The position numbers and the translations under genes are program-made. The notes beneath the pieces are model-generated. The model ran no database searches and was not told the origin of the DNA. It worked only from the letters and a program-made list of their open reading frames with translations. A stretch of DNA of 64,000 nucleotides from NCBI GenBank assembly GCA_964057225.1, contig OZ059897.1:7130001-7194000 (forward strand). Direction: 5' to 3'. The stretch comes from Auanema rhodensis. Its lineage: Eukaryota; Animalia; Nematoda. Below, piece after piece: positions 26,634-39,700 of the stretch. Numbering within the stretch: position 1 is the first letter of the stretch; the number at the start of each line of letters is the position of its first letter.

Positions 26634-28165
26634 CTACTTTTTCTTTTTGCTATCATCTAACTCGCATTCTTCTTTGAGCTCACGTAGCTTACGACGATCC
26701 GCAAAAATTTGTTCCATAACTTCTTTAGTTGAAACTTGGCAACTGAAAAATATAAATAAATCTGATGTATGTATTTGAATATGACGTTTGACAGCAATTA
26801 CGTGAAAAGTACACACGAAATGTCATTTAACTATATGTATAAGCTTGATACGGTTGCTTTCATTTAAAAATCAAATTCAATAGAATTTCTTGAAACGTAC
26901 TCTTCTGTTAATGGACAACAATGAGCTAATGCTGAACAATGCTTATGCCATGATTTTGTAGATGCTCGACAGTCAGATATTTTAGTCATTTTCTTGGATG
27001 TGTCTCTCTTTGTGCGCTTAACTGGCTTACTAGCTCGTTTACGACGTAGATTAGTAATAGTTGAGCCTACTCTGGGAGCAAAAGCAAATTTCTTATGTAG
27101 AGAAGAGCATGTCTCTTGCTAAAATATTTTTTACGTTATCAAAAAATGCTGCAAGTTGCAACACTTACTTGTTCACGAGATAGCGTACTTTCAGATAAAA
27201 CAGCATCAACTAAGTTTGATTGAAGACAATCACGAGCAAGTTCTGTACGACGTAAATGTAATCCATTTAACTTAATTTTCATCTCCCATTTACGTAATGT
27301 ACAGGATTCAGATGCACGAAATCTGAATAACATACCGTATAGTTTATGAAAAAAACAAGAAATTCTATTATATATTACTTGTAATTTTGTTCCAATTCCA
27401 GACATTCACGTTGTTTTACTTCCAATTTTTCCATACAAGTTAGATAATCCATGCAATATCCCTTAATAGTCAATTATTTAAATTATAACTACAGCTTATG
27501 CTTTAAGCTTTTTAACTCATATATTGCTTTTTGGAATAAGTATGATCAATTTCATCTTTTCTTTTAAATTTTCAACTTTTTTTGTAAAATTCTGATATAT
27601 GTTACAGGATTAGAAATACGTGAACTTGTCATATATGGAATAAACAATAGAATATTAGTAGTTATATTTGTATTTCTTACATATTTTCCTTTATAATTTT
27701 TTTAAAAATTATATTCATATAGTTAATAACTTCTTTTAACTCAATTTCAACTGATATTCTTCTCTAACCCTCACTTTTCAGCAAATGAAACTAATGGTGA
27801 TTGGGGGAATTAAAGAAAAAAAAAGATAAAAAATGGGATTAGTTTTCATTTCTGTCAGTCAATTCAAAATCAATTTCAGAATTTCAAAAGTTTTTTCAAA
27901 TATTTGCATTTGAGTCCGAATGACAAAAGTATTATTTAATTATTTGGAATGGACGAGCAACCGGAGGAGCACTGTCAGAACGTTTGTGTGATCATTCCGG
28001 AAATGAGCATTTTCACACATTTTTCTTTTTTCCAAACAAAACTTTGATTTGTAAATATTTTGATTTATAAAGAATTAGATAAATAAATATATAGATAGAT
28101 ACCTCTTCAATTGGATTATCAATAGCATATGTAATAACTGGTAATAATATTAACAATATCTTCAT
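26634..28165 (-). CDS. Secreted cysteine-rich protein, 208 aa, 12 Cys, two furin-type sites
   Basis: Exons 28165-28103, 27461-27379, 27322-27169, 27118-26901 and 26742-26634 are phase-compatible with GT-AG boundaries (627 nt). Signal peptide MKILLILLPVITYA; RRKR and RTKR in a basic linker. Confidence 0.88.
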
Positions 28166-28814
28166 AATTGCATAAAAAATCTAAATAAGAATTAATTATT
28201 AAATATGAAAAAATAAATAAAGAACATTGAAAAAGGAAGGCAATATGTTATGAGTTTTGAGATAGAATATTTCAAAAATTGAGCTTAAATTGAGCCTAAT
28301 TTCATCGAACAACCTTCAGCCAACTTTTATTATTCGTTATTCAGTTACGTTTGTTCTACTCAGCCTCAATCACCTTTTCTCATTTTTTTAAATCTGTTTT
28401 TATGGCAAAAATGCTTGAAAAGGACATGTAGAGAAGTGTACAACAAATAGAATTTTATAATAAAGAAATGGGCAAAATGAGAACTTTAAACAAACAACGT
28501 TAACACAGGCACGCAAACCCCTCGCCTTGACCATAACACATACAAGTCGTTTGAAACAAAAGGATAACAAGTATCAGAAGAGATGAGCGTAAATGAGAAA
28601 ATCATTCGGTACATTCTATATGAATGATTGCTAAGATTCTGAAGCTCTATTGAGTTCAATGTTCTTTCGTATTCAAGATAGAAAAAAACCCAGAAATGAT
28701 GATGATGAATGTTCAAAAATGCATCGAGAATATCGAGAGAAGAGAAGAAAAATGTTAACAACGAGTTAAACGATGAATATGTGTGCAATAGGAGAGGAAG
28801 CAATAAGAGAGTGG

Positions 28815-28887
28815 GAGAGAGAGAGAGAGAGAGAAAGGAGGGAGGTGGGCAGAGACAAAGAGAAAAAGAGAGAGAAAGAGAGAGGGA

Positions 28888-28943
<56 letters not shown>

Positions 28944-29370
28944 TCAAGAAAAAATTCATGGAATAAGGTATAATCCGGAGTTGAATTATGACAATGACTG
29001 TTAGAACTCAAAGAAAATAGGAAGAAAAGGGAAGAGCCTGACGACTTTTAGAATCGAGTACAAGCGTGGTTGAATTCCAAATTTGTACACGAATAGTGTT
29101 GTGCAAATAGATCAGGAAAAATGAAAAAGACTACTTGAATATTTTCCAAAAAATTACAAAATAAAAGAACAAAATTCAAAAATGAAAAATATGTGTGTAG
29201 TATATGGAATATTTATTCAAACTATATATGATGTATATGAGCATGAATAGAGGATTTGAAGACGAAAAAGAAAAAAAACGAAATCAACTAGCTGCAATTT
29301 ACTTCTTTGCAAATAATGGCAGATAGTATATGGAAATATAGACTATATACATGTGCACATAGATTAAGAG

Positions 29371-29431
<61 letters not shown>

Positions 29432-29615
29432 GAGGGAGAGAGAGAGAGAGAGGGAGATGCTGCTGTGAGGGAATACTGGAAGAGAAGGGACGAATTGATT
29501 GAAATAGTCTAAGGATTACTAGACGATTACATGTAAATATACAGTCATTGTAAAGTGGAAAGTGATTGAGTGTAACAGATATAATTTGATGAAGTAGTGT
29601 ATGCGCATAGATGGA

Positions 29616-29662
<47 letters not shown>

Positions 29663-29791
29663 GAGAGAAAGGAATGAGCAACAAGGTGAAGTGAGGTGAG
29701 AATAGGTAAATGACGAACTGGACACAAGTTCGATAACTATTGTTGAAGTCAGAAATAATAGTCAAGCGAGAAAATAGATTAAAAGAGAAAC

Positions 29792-29842
<51 letters not shown>
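28815..29842 (+). repeat. Cluster of long (GA)n microsatellites (also 31236-31306, 32359-32443)
   Basis: Direct reading; source of the ERER/LSLS ORFs in the track. Confidence 0.95.
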
Positions 29843-29845
<3 letters not shown>

Positions 29846-31235
29846 AGAGATGATTATATGGATACGATGAGGTTGGATCATCATCATATTGAAATTCTAT
29901 AGAAATAGATATAAAGAGAAAGAGAGAAAGAGACTGAGAATCACTGTCATCCTCACTAGGTCACTCAATGTCTGTTCCGAAAATTACTGAGATAGTGCGA
30001 AAATGAAATAAAAGCAAAACAGATGTGAGTTACTAGCAGTTGCATGAGAAATAGAATAACATATAACCGTTCACAAGCTGCATCCAAATGGAATTTGTTA
30101 AATTTCAGCTTTTTTCTTCACGTAAATCAATAATTTTACGTGAAATTAGTATAATATTGTAGTTTGAATTATAATTGTGGGCTGGGTGTATGTTTTGATG
30201 TAACAACAACAAATTATGAAAGCAATTCAAAAATTTTGTTAACTATAACAAACATGAAAAATAAAATAATGCGTATATATAGTTAAGAGAATCTTTATAT
30301 ATATATATATATATATATATTTATTTAACTATATGTTTATATTATATTTTTGTACTTAAACACGTAAATAATGAAAATAGTACATTTGAAGAAGAGGCTT
30401 TTTTTTTTCTTTTTTTAAACTTTAGTTACATTAGAAAAAGAGAAACAAAGTTGAAGAAAAGGGAGATGGAAATGATTCTCAATAGGCTTTTCTTCTAGAT
30501 CATTGGACTTTGTTAGTTATTGGTGTGGGTAGTGTTGGAGATTTTTGAAGTGGACAAGTATGGGACGGAAGTAAGTAACATGTCTCATACATACATATAG
30601 TAAACAAGAGGTATAAGTACTGGTTGTAAGTAATGTATTCATAGATATTTGATTGAAATAGATAGCTTTCATATAGTATAAGAAAGAATATATAGATAGA
30701 TTAAGTAATTTTTATTGAAAAATATAAAATATAGTTGGAACATGCTGTAAGTTGGAAACAGGGTCGTCTGTTCCATCTACTGGCACGAGCGGTAGTTTAG
30801 ACTTGAAAGTATGAACTGAATGAGAGATAGATGGTTGTGCTAAGGGGAGGAGGGAGAAAAGGCACGAAAAAGAGAAAAGCTCCAGAAGGGTGGAGGGAGA
30901 GGGAGAGAGAGAGAGAGATGAAGTAAATGAAGATAAAGGAAGATGAGAGAATGTGAAAAGAAAAAGAGGAAGAGAGGTCGACCTAGGACATTGATCTGAC
31001 TATTAATGGAAATGCCCTTGTGCAACATAATATTAACTAAAACGAAATGACGAGATGAATTTCATTTAGTTTTGGTGTAGCCGTCTGGACCACAATCATT
31101 GGCAGCATCTGAATAAAGAGGAACAAACATACGCTCTGATGATTTTCAGTGATAAATATGGAAGAATAGTTGTGTTATTACGGAAAGTCCGCAGCTTAAC
31201 AGATGCTGATAGCATTGAGTAAAGCGAAAAGAGGA

Positions 31236-31308
<73 letters not shown>

Positions 31309-32350
31309 AGGACAGGGCTGGTAAGGCTTGTAAGCTGGTAGAAAGATGAAACATGAGCTTGTATATGGAATATTCTAATTAATCTGGTAATGCAAATAGA
31401 AGAAGATGCATATAGAACGATGAAATAAAGAGACAAAGAGGTAAGATCAAAAGTGTAATTAAGAAAATATAATTGAGTAAAGACAAATTGAACAAGATGA
31501 TCAAATTACTATACATATAGTTAGTACCATTTGCATAATAATGATCCAATATAGTATAATCCAAGATCTTTTTTGTCTTTCTATTCATGATACGTGAAGC
31601 GGAAAAATCCGATTTTCCTCGTTTTAGCTCATTTGCTGTAATTCAGTATCCGAACAGAGAGGAGAAAGCAACGCCGAATATGAAAGTACGTTTTCATATG
31701 GAAGAAGCCAAGATAGTCAGAAGCTTAGAAATTGCTTATTTTTGTTTATTTTGGGACAAAAAGTTGTTTGAAAAAAAGAAAAACAATAGCATTGGCAAAT
31801 TAACAAGTTGATGTTATTGCTTCACGGACATTTCAATGTTTAGCTGATAGGAATGAAAGGAAACAAAGCTGAGAATACCAAGCTTGTGCAAGTTAAAGCT
31901 TAGTAAGCACATCATTTTCGGTATGAACTATTGCATTAATAGTCTAAATTCTAAAATTAATATTATTATTTTCTAAGAATGAATACGATTTCCTTTTTGA
32001 ATTTAGCAAGAACACACTTTAACATATACATGTATGTTAATCTATCTGAGATGTTACTTTAGCTTGGAATGCTAAAACAAAGCTAAAACAAGCATATGAT
32101 GTATATGTGTGTGGTCACCTCAATCAAAATATGAAAAGCTTGGCATAAATCACCAGTGACAGAAGTCCAATTTGGTTGTCTTATTTTTTGGTGAAGAAAG
32201 ACTACATTTGCTTTGAAAAAGGAATAAAATTTCAAATGAAATATTAGTACTTCTTCTGTATAATTTCGATTTTATTGATTCAGAAAAAAACATTAAAGAG
32301 TTTGAAAGATGTTAAACAATAAAGAATAACTGCCATTTATGAACAGCTGA

Positions 32351-32448
<98 letters not shown>

Positions 32449-35243
32449 ATATGGTGTTCTTCAATCGAGAGAAGGCAATTCGTCATCTAATGAATGCTTC
32501 CTCGTTTTGAAAGCCTTTATGCTAGTAAGAAAGATAGGTTCGAACCCTTTAAAACTGAGTGAGATGAGAAAAAAATTCAAGAAACAGAAGAGAAATGAAC
32601 TAGAAGCACACAGAATTGAATGTGAATCTACAGACTACAGCGATAACAATGAAATGGCTTTTTAACCCTTTTTCCAATAAAAAAAGTGGTTGAATTGCTA
32701 AGAAGTTGAGTTCAAAGAAGACCGGAAGAAATTTGAAGGAAATGTTAACGAATAAGCTCAGCAGACCCATGCGAGTCTGGAATATCAGAAGAAGAACGAC
32801 AACTTCTTCCGATGTCTTTTGGGTCAGCTCAGCGGCCGAAACGGCTTATCCAACGCTTCCAATTTTTTCCTTCAAAGCCGTTTGAAAAGCCCGTAGACCT
32901 TTTGGGGCAAAAGGCCAATATGAGGCAAGGCACACGACCTCATTTTGGCAAAACAGACGAGATGGAGGCGTCAACGCTGTGACTTCAAGCTGTGGCTGTG
33001 GCGAGCGGAAGTTTGAAGAAAAGTTTGGCACGAAAGAGGAAAAGGGGAAGATGATAGTGTCCACCATCAATGGACGTTTTCTTGAAAAAGAGTATTCAGA
33101 AGAAGGATACGATAAAACTAAACTTCATGCTCATCAACATTGACAGCTGAACTACGCTGTATCAACATAATATCAGCTGCTGGATCTGTTTATCGTCGTT
33201 GGCGTCGTTGTGTCCAGTGTCATCCTTTGCTGATTATGGGAACGCTATTCATTCATCGTCATTCACACAGTCAAGCAGAATAGTTTGTCTTAAACAGCCT
33301 TTTCTTCCAGCATCTCATCATCATCATCGTTGTTGTCTTCATCGTTATCCTGTTCGTTGTCATCGTTTAGATGTTGTGTAATATAACATCAGTCTTGAAT
33401 GCAAATGAGTCTTTCTCTCTCAATCCATCCTCTTGGGTTTCCGAAGTCCATGAGCAATTCCTTGTTATTTCGACTGACCCGTCCATGCTTCAATGCTGTT
33501 AAAGTTCATGTGATGCTCATGTTTTGTGATTTGAAATAGTTGCCAAAAAGCTGGTTTTATTTTCAAAAAATGAAACCAAAAAACGACTAAAAGGAAATTA
33601 GATTTAAAAATTCGATAGAAAATTAGAAAAAGCTAAGCATATGTATGTTTGCACAACAGGATAATATAGTTAAAGTTTGAGAATTTCTTAAAAAGAATCG
33701 AGAAAACAAAGATTCAGAGACTGTTACTAATTATGTTTCCATACTATGTATGTATAGTTAAGTTGATTTTATGCGAATCAATGTAATTAACTATATGAAT
33801 ATAGGAATAGTATATGAGAATTGAATTGATTTTGTGTCCTTTTGATTTAAGATGAATTGGCATCCAAAGACAATCTATTGCGATCTATGGAAATGAAGCT
33901 GAACTGATTATTCTGAATCTGACTCTTGATTCTTGAAAATCCCGCGAGGCAGATATGTATGAAGATCAGAAAGAAAATCAGTGGAGCAGAAGGACAAAAC
34001 GAAGAGGAAAACGGAGCGACAGATTGTAGAGCTGAGTAGAGAATAGAACAATGGAATCTAAACATTTGATGATCAGAAGAAATAATATTCATTGATATTC
34101 AGAAGTGTTTTAAGCAAAGTTTCTAAGAATAGATTGATAAGTGCAGAGAGTTGTTTGGAAGAAATGTTAACAGGAAGCGATCTGATCAGAAGTGGAAAAG
34201 AAGAAGTAGCCGACACATAGAAGAATAAGAGAAGAAGCATGAAGAAAATACAAGTTTCCTCTGTTCATCGAAACAGCGGCTATTTCGGCTTATTCTTTGC
34301 CAGAAAAGGAGTGATTCCCTTGAGATACCAGCTGACGACAGCTAGCTCAACAAGCTCTTGAAACCAATGATAAATTGTATTTTAAAAGTTTAATTATGGA
34401 TTTTAAAATAGAAAAGAAGCTAAAATAAACATTTCAAACCATTAAAACTTTCAATAATTAAAGAAAATTAAAATAAAGTATAATGAGAAAGAAAATGGAA
34501 ATAACTATTTGATTTACGAGAAAAGATGAAAACTTTTGAATGAAAGACGTAGAAGTTGAAAGAATTTCAGAACTTTAGAAGATTTTTGATCATTTTTTGT
34601 TTATTTAAGACTCTTGAACACAATTAAATGTTTGTATTAATCACATATTACATTAAACAATTTTAAATTTAAGCCAAGAACTTGAAATAGAAAACTTATT
34701 TTTCCTAAATATTTAGGGAATAAATCAACTATTTTGATTGAAGCATATAATCAAAACTAGAAGATTATTAACTTAAATATAGTTAATAACTAAGGCAATT
34801 TTGATTATAATTACCAGAATAAGTAAATATTCAAAAGAAACTTGTATGTCCAGTTGTTTTTTCATCTGATGCATGCACATGTACATCCATACGTACACCA
34901 GACACACATCCATTACTATCTTGGCTGCTAATTTGAAGTAATCCGAATGAAAATAATTTCATTTGAAAGTAAAAGTTGTGGATGTATGGAAAGAAAAAGA
35001 GGAAAATAAGGATTTCTTTTTTGCTTTTCCTTCAAAAATTATATTTTATAATATAGTTAAGAGTTAATAAATTAAATATTAATTAATAGATTTTTATTTT
35101 AAATAAATAAATAATTGTTATTTGTTTATTTGAGTTCAAATAAAATACAATTTAAATTATAAAACATAATATTATTAATACAAATATTAGACATTAACTA
35201 TAATATTTTTATACAAATATGCTTTATCTATGCTGGATTATAC

Positions 35244-36355
35244 TTAACGAGTACCTCTTCTTTTTGCTGCTTCAAGCATTTCATCCTGAAGAATTTCCAT
35301 TATTTCTAAACGCTTGTGCGTACGACCGTCAGGATCAAAGCTGAAAAAATGTTTTTTCTCAACGAAATTACTATTTATCGTACAGTAATGTTGATTTCTT
35401 CCAATAGTCACCGCGTACACGTTCCCAGTCAGATGGTTTCAACGTTTTTGCTGAAAAGTTGATCACATAGTTACAACTTAGATGATACTGTGCTTACATC
35501 TGTCGAGCCATATTTCGATTTTATCAAAGCTGGCATATGTGAATACACAGAAGATGAAGAACCAAAATCCACAGAGGAAGATAAGAGGATAAATCTCATA
35601 AGCATGTCCAAGTCGACGAATCAAAAACGTTAAAGGAGTATCACCTTTCTGTGGAATAGGTCCCTTGAATCCCTTGTTACGAGAATTATTTCGAGCATAT
35701 TGAAAGTAGCCCTAAACGTTGTAATCTAATTAATTTAATTTTTTGTGACAAAATTATAAAAATTAAAATGAAAGTAAAGCTTAAAACATTAATTTTGTCT
35801 TATAAGATCACATTTTAAAAAAAGAATTGCCATAAATCTTATTCTAAGCATTATGCTATAGATTAAAGTCTTAAAACCCTCAGATTTTTATTTTTTAAAA
35901 TTATAAATTTTATTTTATTATATTATTGATATATAATTTAAATAATATATACTATATGTATATAGTATATACATTCATATATGTATGTATGTGTATGTGG
36001 TTATGTATGAACCATTGAACAAGTGATTTCAACAGATGGCTCCGTTGAACTAATTACGTCCGGCCTAAAGTGCTTATCTCTCCTATTTCCGTATTCTATC
36101 AACAACTTCAACAGAAAAGTTTTAGTTAGCACGTATTTTAATAGAAAAACATGAAAAATAAGCTTTTAATAGTTAAATAATATTAAATATTACTGAGATT
36201 ATAAAAATGATGAAACATACCGAACTTTCCACCTGCGATGGAGTAGATAATTGTACTTTTGGGTACGATGATGACGAACTTGAAGATAGACGAATGAAAA
36301 TCATATGATTTATGGATGCTGGTGTTGCACGAGTTGCTAAGCGGGACAAGCTCAT
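35244..36355 (-). CDS. NDUFA4/MLRQ (B12D family)-like mitochondrial inner-membrane protein, 170 aa
   Basis: Exons 36355-36221, 35711-35498, 35450-35384 and 35340-35244 (513 nt, in phase). R/S-rich mitochondrial presequence-like N-terminus; core RLGHAYEIYPLIFLCGFWFFIFCVFTYASFDKIEIWLDRSKTLKPSDWE resembles the NDUFA4/B12D pattern (xYPL-TM-E.....PWE). Family call is from motif recall. Confidence 0.8.
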
Positions 36356-37559
36356 CCTGATGACTTTTCTTCTAAAATGAAAAAATTATATTAAAAGGAC
36401 GTTGAAATATACTATACAATATAATTAAACTTTGAATAACAATAGAATAATGATTAGGATGAAAAGATAATTTTAGTCAAAAATAAACAACGATTTACGT
36501 GAAAATTAGCATACACGTCACGTGAATTTATTCAAAAACACTTATTACTCGAATCAAAAGGGGAAACATTTTAAAGTTTGAATTCCACATGAAAATATAA
36601 TAAAATTAAATTTTTTTTATTGGCTGATGAAGTAAGAAGAAAATAAAAATATTTTATAGGATAAGCAGAAGAGTTGAATCTTACATATACATATGTATCT
36701 GTGTATCTATGTATCTCCCATGGGATACAGTAAGAAAATCATTATTCATAAGAATGAAATATATAGAAATACAAAAGATATATAAATCATCTTAATATTA
36801 TAAATATTTCATATAAAGTAACATCAAATAGTTAACTATTACATACATGAAGGGGAGAGAAGACTGGGTTGCTCAAGAAGGAGGAACGGCTTTGCCAACA
36901 GACTTTTCATGAGGATATAGCCTGGATGAGAGCAAGTGGACAAGAATGGAATGACTCGTAAGAGGAAAGTAGAGATTTACTACTTTATTGGACGACATAT
37001 TCAAACTCAATCGATAACACAGATTAGCTGATGTTGAAGCCATAAATACGTATTTTGAATATAACGTATAACAAAGAAATCAGAATGAAATAGGAACATT
37101 TTTAAGCGAATAAGAAGAAAATGAGTAATGTAAATCTTAAAAAGAACAATATCAATAAACCGATTTTGCTACTCCTTTATATATTCTCCACGGATTCTGA
37201 CGTACTTTGCGTTAGAATGTGTCATTTGTCACGTATACTAGCTTAGAGACATCACATCGTTTGCGAATTGTTCATCGTTCATCGTCAATTCAACATATTT
37301 CTCATTTTTCTTTCTTAAGATCTCACGTTAACTCTTAGCACGTAAGTTTTGCAGAAGCAGCGTTGTCCTGTATTTACTCTCAAAGAGAAGAGCAGGCTAT
37401 AAACAACTTATGAACGCAGAAAGCAAAAGGCAACTTTTGTCGATGAAGTAACAACATTTCAATTTAAATTGTATTTCAAATCTGCATATTTTCACTCTTT
37501 AATGAAATTAATAATAATTCTTTGAAGATTAATTGTGACTCTGAATCATCTCAATATTG

Positions 37560-38150
37560 TGAGATCATCGTTCATCCACTAAATGGTTTGAAATCTTGCA
37601 AAGTCCTTCAGACCTCTTGGTAGTTTTTTGCGAACCTATACCAATAAAATCAAAGAAATTTTCAGATGATGAAGCTCAAAATGAAATGAAAGTTTCTTCA
37701 TAATAACCGTTACTTACCTCTTCTACAGTAGAAACATGTTGTCAGCGGAGTTTAGACACTAAGCATGTGATGATGCAACCTGAAAGAGAATAAAGTTTTG
37801 TGATTAACATTGAAAGCTGTATGTACTTGATCCTTAGGGTGATGTTATCATGTAAGGATAAGAGTTAGAAACCAACAATTCAAATTCAAATTTTCATTTT
37901 TCGTTTCGAGACAACGATGAGCGGTTGTTCTTCTAGCAGAAAAACTCAAAATTCTTAGTTTTCATCCCAACTTGGATTGTATTCCAGGAATTCTGATTAA
38001 GCATTAGCTGAACTGAGGTATGAGCTCTTCAGGGTTCAGAGAGATAAAAATGGGATAATTACCTGATAAGAGTACTTCTGACCTCATCATCGTTTAGACA
38101 TTTCATCTGTTTATCAGTTACTGATTGTATCAAATTCATCTGCATCGAAG
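37560..38150 (-). pseudogene. Lysozyme pseudogene directly downstream of copy B
   Basis: Minus strand reads QSVTDKQMKCLNDDEVRSTLIR|gt..ag|AHTSVQLMLNQNSWNTIQ, then YMITSP*GS, ttcag|VAS.., and LQDFKPFSG*T. Homologous to lysozyme exons 2-7 with stops, deletions and a dead donor. Confidence 0.82.
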
Positions 38151-38223
38151 AAAAAGAAGAAGAAAAAGCATTTTCAAGTTTTATTTTTCAAAAAGAAGAG
38201 AATAAACAACGATTATTCTAACT

Positions 38224-38959
38224 TTATTTTCTTGTAAACAGCTTATCCTGCTTACAGGCTACTCCACAAACGGTAATAGGTTTATCATATTGCATGGCAA
38301 GAACATCACCAGCTGTCCATCCACCAAATGGCTTGAAATCTCCCAAATTTTGTGGAGCTTGTGCATTAGCAACCCTATTGAAATATGAAAGATTCAAACA
38401 TTTTCTAATAAGAAATACCACAAATTGATTGTAGATTTAGCTTGTAAATCATGATAATTCATGTTGTTGGTGATGGCTTTCCAACTTGGTTGATCAGTAT
38501 GAATAGCAACGTCCCAGCCCTGTGTCAAATGTAAAATATTTCATTTGAATTAGATTTCTAACCTTAAGATTAGCAGCAACAACTACATCTTTCAAGAATT
38601 TGATGTTAGCAGTTGGATTAGCATTCCAATTCTGTGGAGATGTAACCTGAAAATGAACAAATCATCTTCGATTTCTATTAAAACTATTACATGTAAATAG
38701 AAAAATGTTTGATTTGAACCACAATTATCAAATCCATTGTACATTTCATTAAACTGATCAGCTCCACTCTTAGATCCTTTAGGTGATGGTACCATGTAAA
38801 TCTGAGCGTAGAAGTCATCTAGAAAAGAAAAAATTTTATTTTATCTTTCCAATAAGGAATAACACCACTTACTATAAATATTTAACAAAGTATTACAAGC
38901 ATTACTATCAAACATTCCTCCGTTTAATGGAACATAAGCTCTGAAATATATTTAGAAGT

Positions 38960-39003
<44 letters not shown>

Positions 39004-39230
39004 CTTTGATTGTGGATGTTACCTGATGAAAGCTCTATCAATCTTATTCTCTTTCAAACATTCCATTTGCTTATTAGTTGCTGGTTGAGTAAAATCCACT
39101 CCATCTATAGTGTCAACAGGTTTAGCCTAAAGCATTGAAGAAGTACAGTATGAAATCTGAAACTGTACTGCCTCACCTCTGCTGGCACAACGGCAAGAAG
39201 GATGAAGCCTAGAAGGAAACAGTATCGCAT
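38224..39230 (-). CDS. lys: Protist-type (GH25-like) lysozyme, copy B (protein appears identical to copy A)
   Basis: Reverse complement of 20700-21713 with the same exons and splice sites. Confidence 0.93.
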
Positions 39231-39485
39231 TCTTGAACACGATTGAAGAAGATGATTTGGGTTGAACTATGAAGAATTGGGTGGTTTATATACTTCCAAT
39301 TGAAATCTTTATCGTCACTTTTTGGTCCAAAAATTAATTTTTTGTTGATAAGTAAGAGATATGTTGTCGATTATCACATCATATTTATGCTTCTAATCAC
39401 TTTTTCTGTTATAAAATAATTATTTTGATTTTATATTCTATTATCACATAATATATTAAATTTTTGTTATCATTATACTTAGAAT

Positions 39486-39559
39486 ACGTTGATTAACCTA
39501 TAACATAAGCTCGGACCACGTTGATTAACCTATAACATAAGCTCGGACCACGTTGATTA
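39486..39559 (+). repeat. 32-bp tandem duplication in the copy B promoter
   Basis: ACGTTGATTAACCTATAACATAAGCTCGGACC x2 plus ACGTTGATTA; copy A has a single unit. Confidence 0.95.
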
Positions 39560-39609
39560 TGTTCAGTTTGAGTGATTTTTTAGCAATTTTCAATCAAAAT
39601 TGTGAATTT

Positions 39610-39700
39610 ACTTATGAACTTCAATATCTAAACCACATAATCGTTAAAACATTTCATCTGTTACTGATTGTATCAAATCTATTCGTTTATGCTCAAGAGG
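39610..39700 (-). pseudogene. Small lysozyme exon-2 remnant upstream of copy B
   Basis: 39636-39678 is a degenerate direct repeat of 38085-38135; the minus strand reads IDLIQSVT../QMKCFNDY. Confidence 0.55.

Larger units (their letters stand above)
37842..39647 (-). repeat. Right arm of ~1.8-kb inverted segmental duplication (partner 20315-22061)
   Basis: Reverse complement of the left arm; differs in CT-repeat length (20 vs 23 units), a few intron/promoter SNPs and a 32-bp tandem duplication. Confidence 0.95.

Noticed and set aside
26760-26816. CTFHVIAV in ORF 26634-26816 resembling a SWIM/MULE zinc finger
   Set aside because: It lies in intron 4 of the secreted Cys-rich gene; no transposase or terminal repeats nearby.
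28486-29765. Long LSLS/ERER ORFs in the track (also near 12.1, 19.2, 31.2 and 57.0 kb)
   Set aside because: Translations of GA/CT microsatellites with no splice or codon support.
37560-37581. TGAGATCATCGT matching the 5' end of bantam/mir-81
   Set aside because: No precursor hairpin; it is the antisense of the lysozyme pseudogene's last exon.
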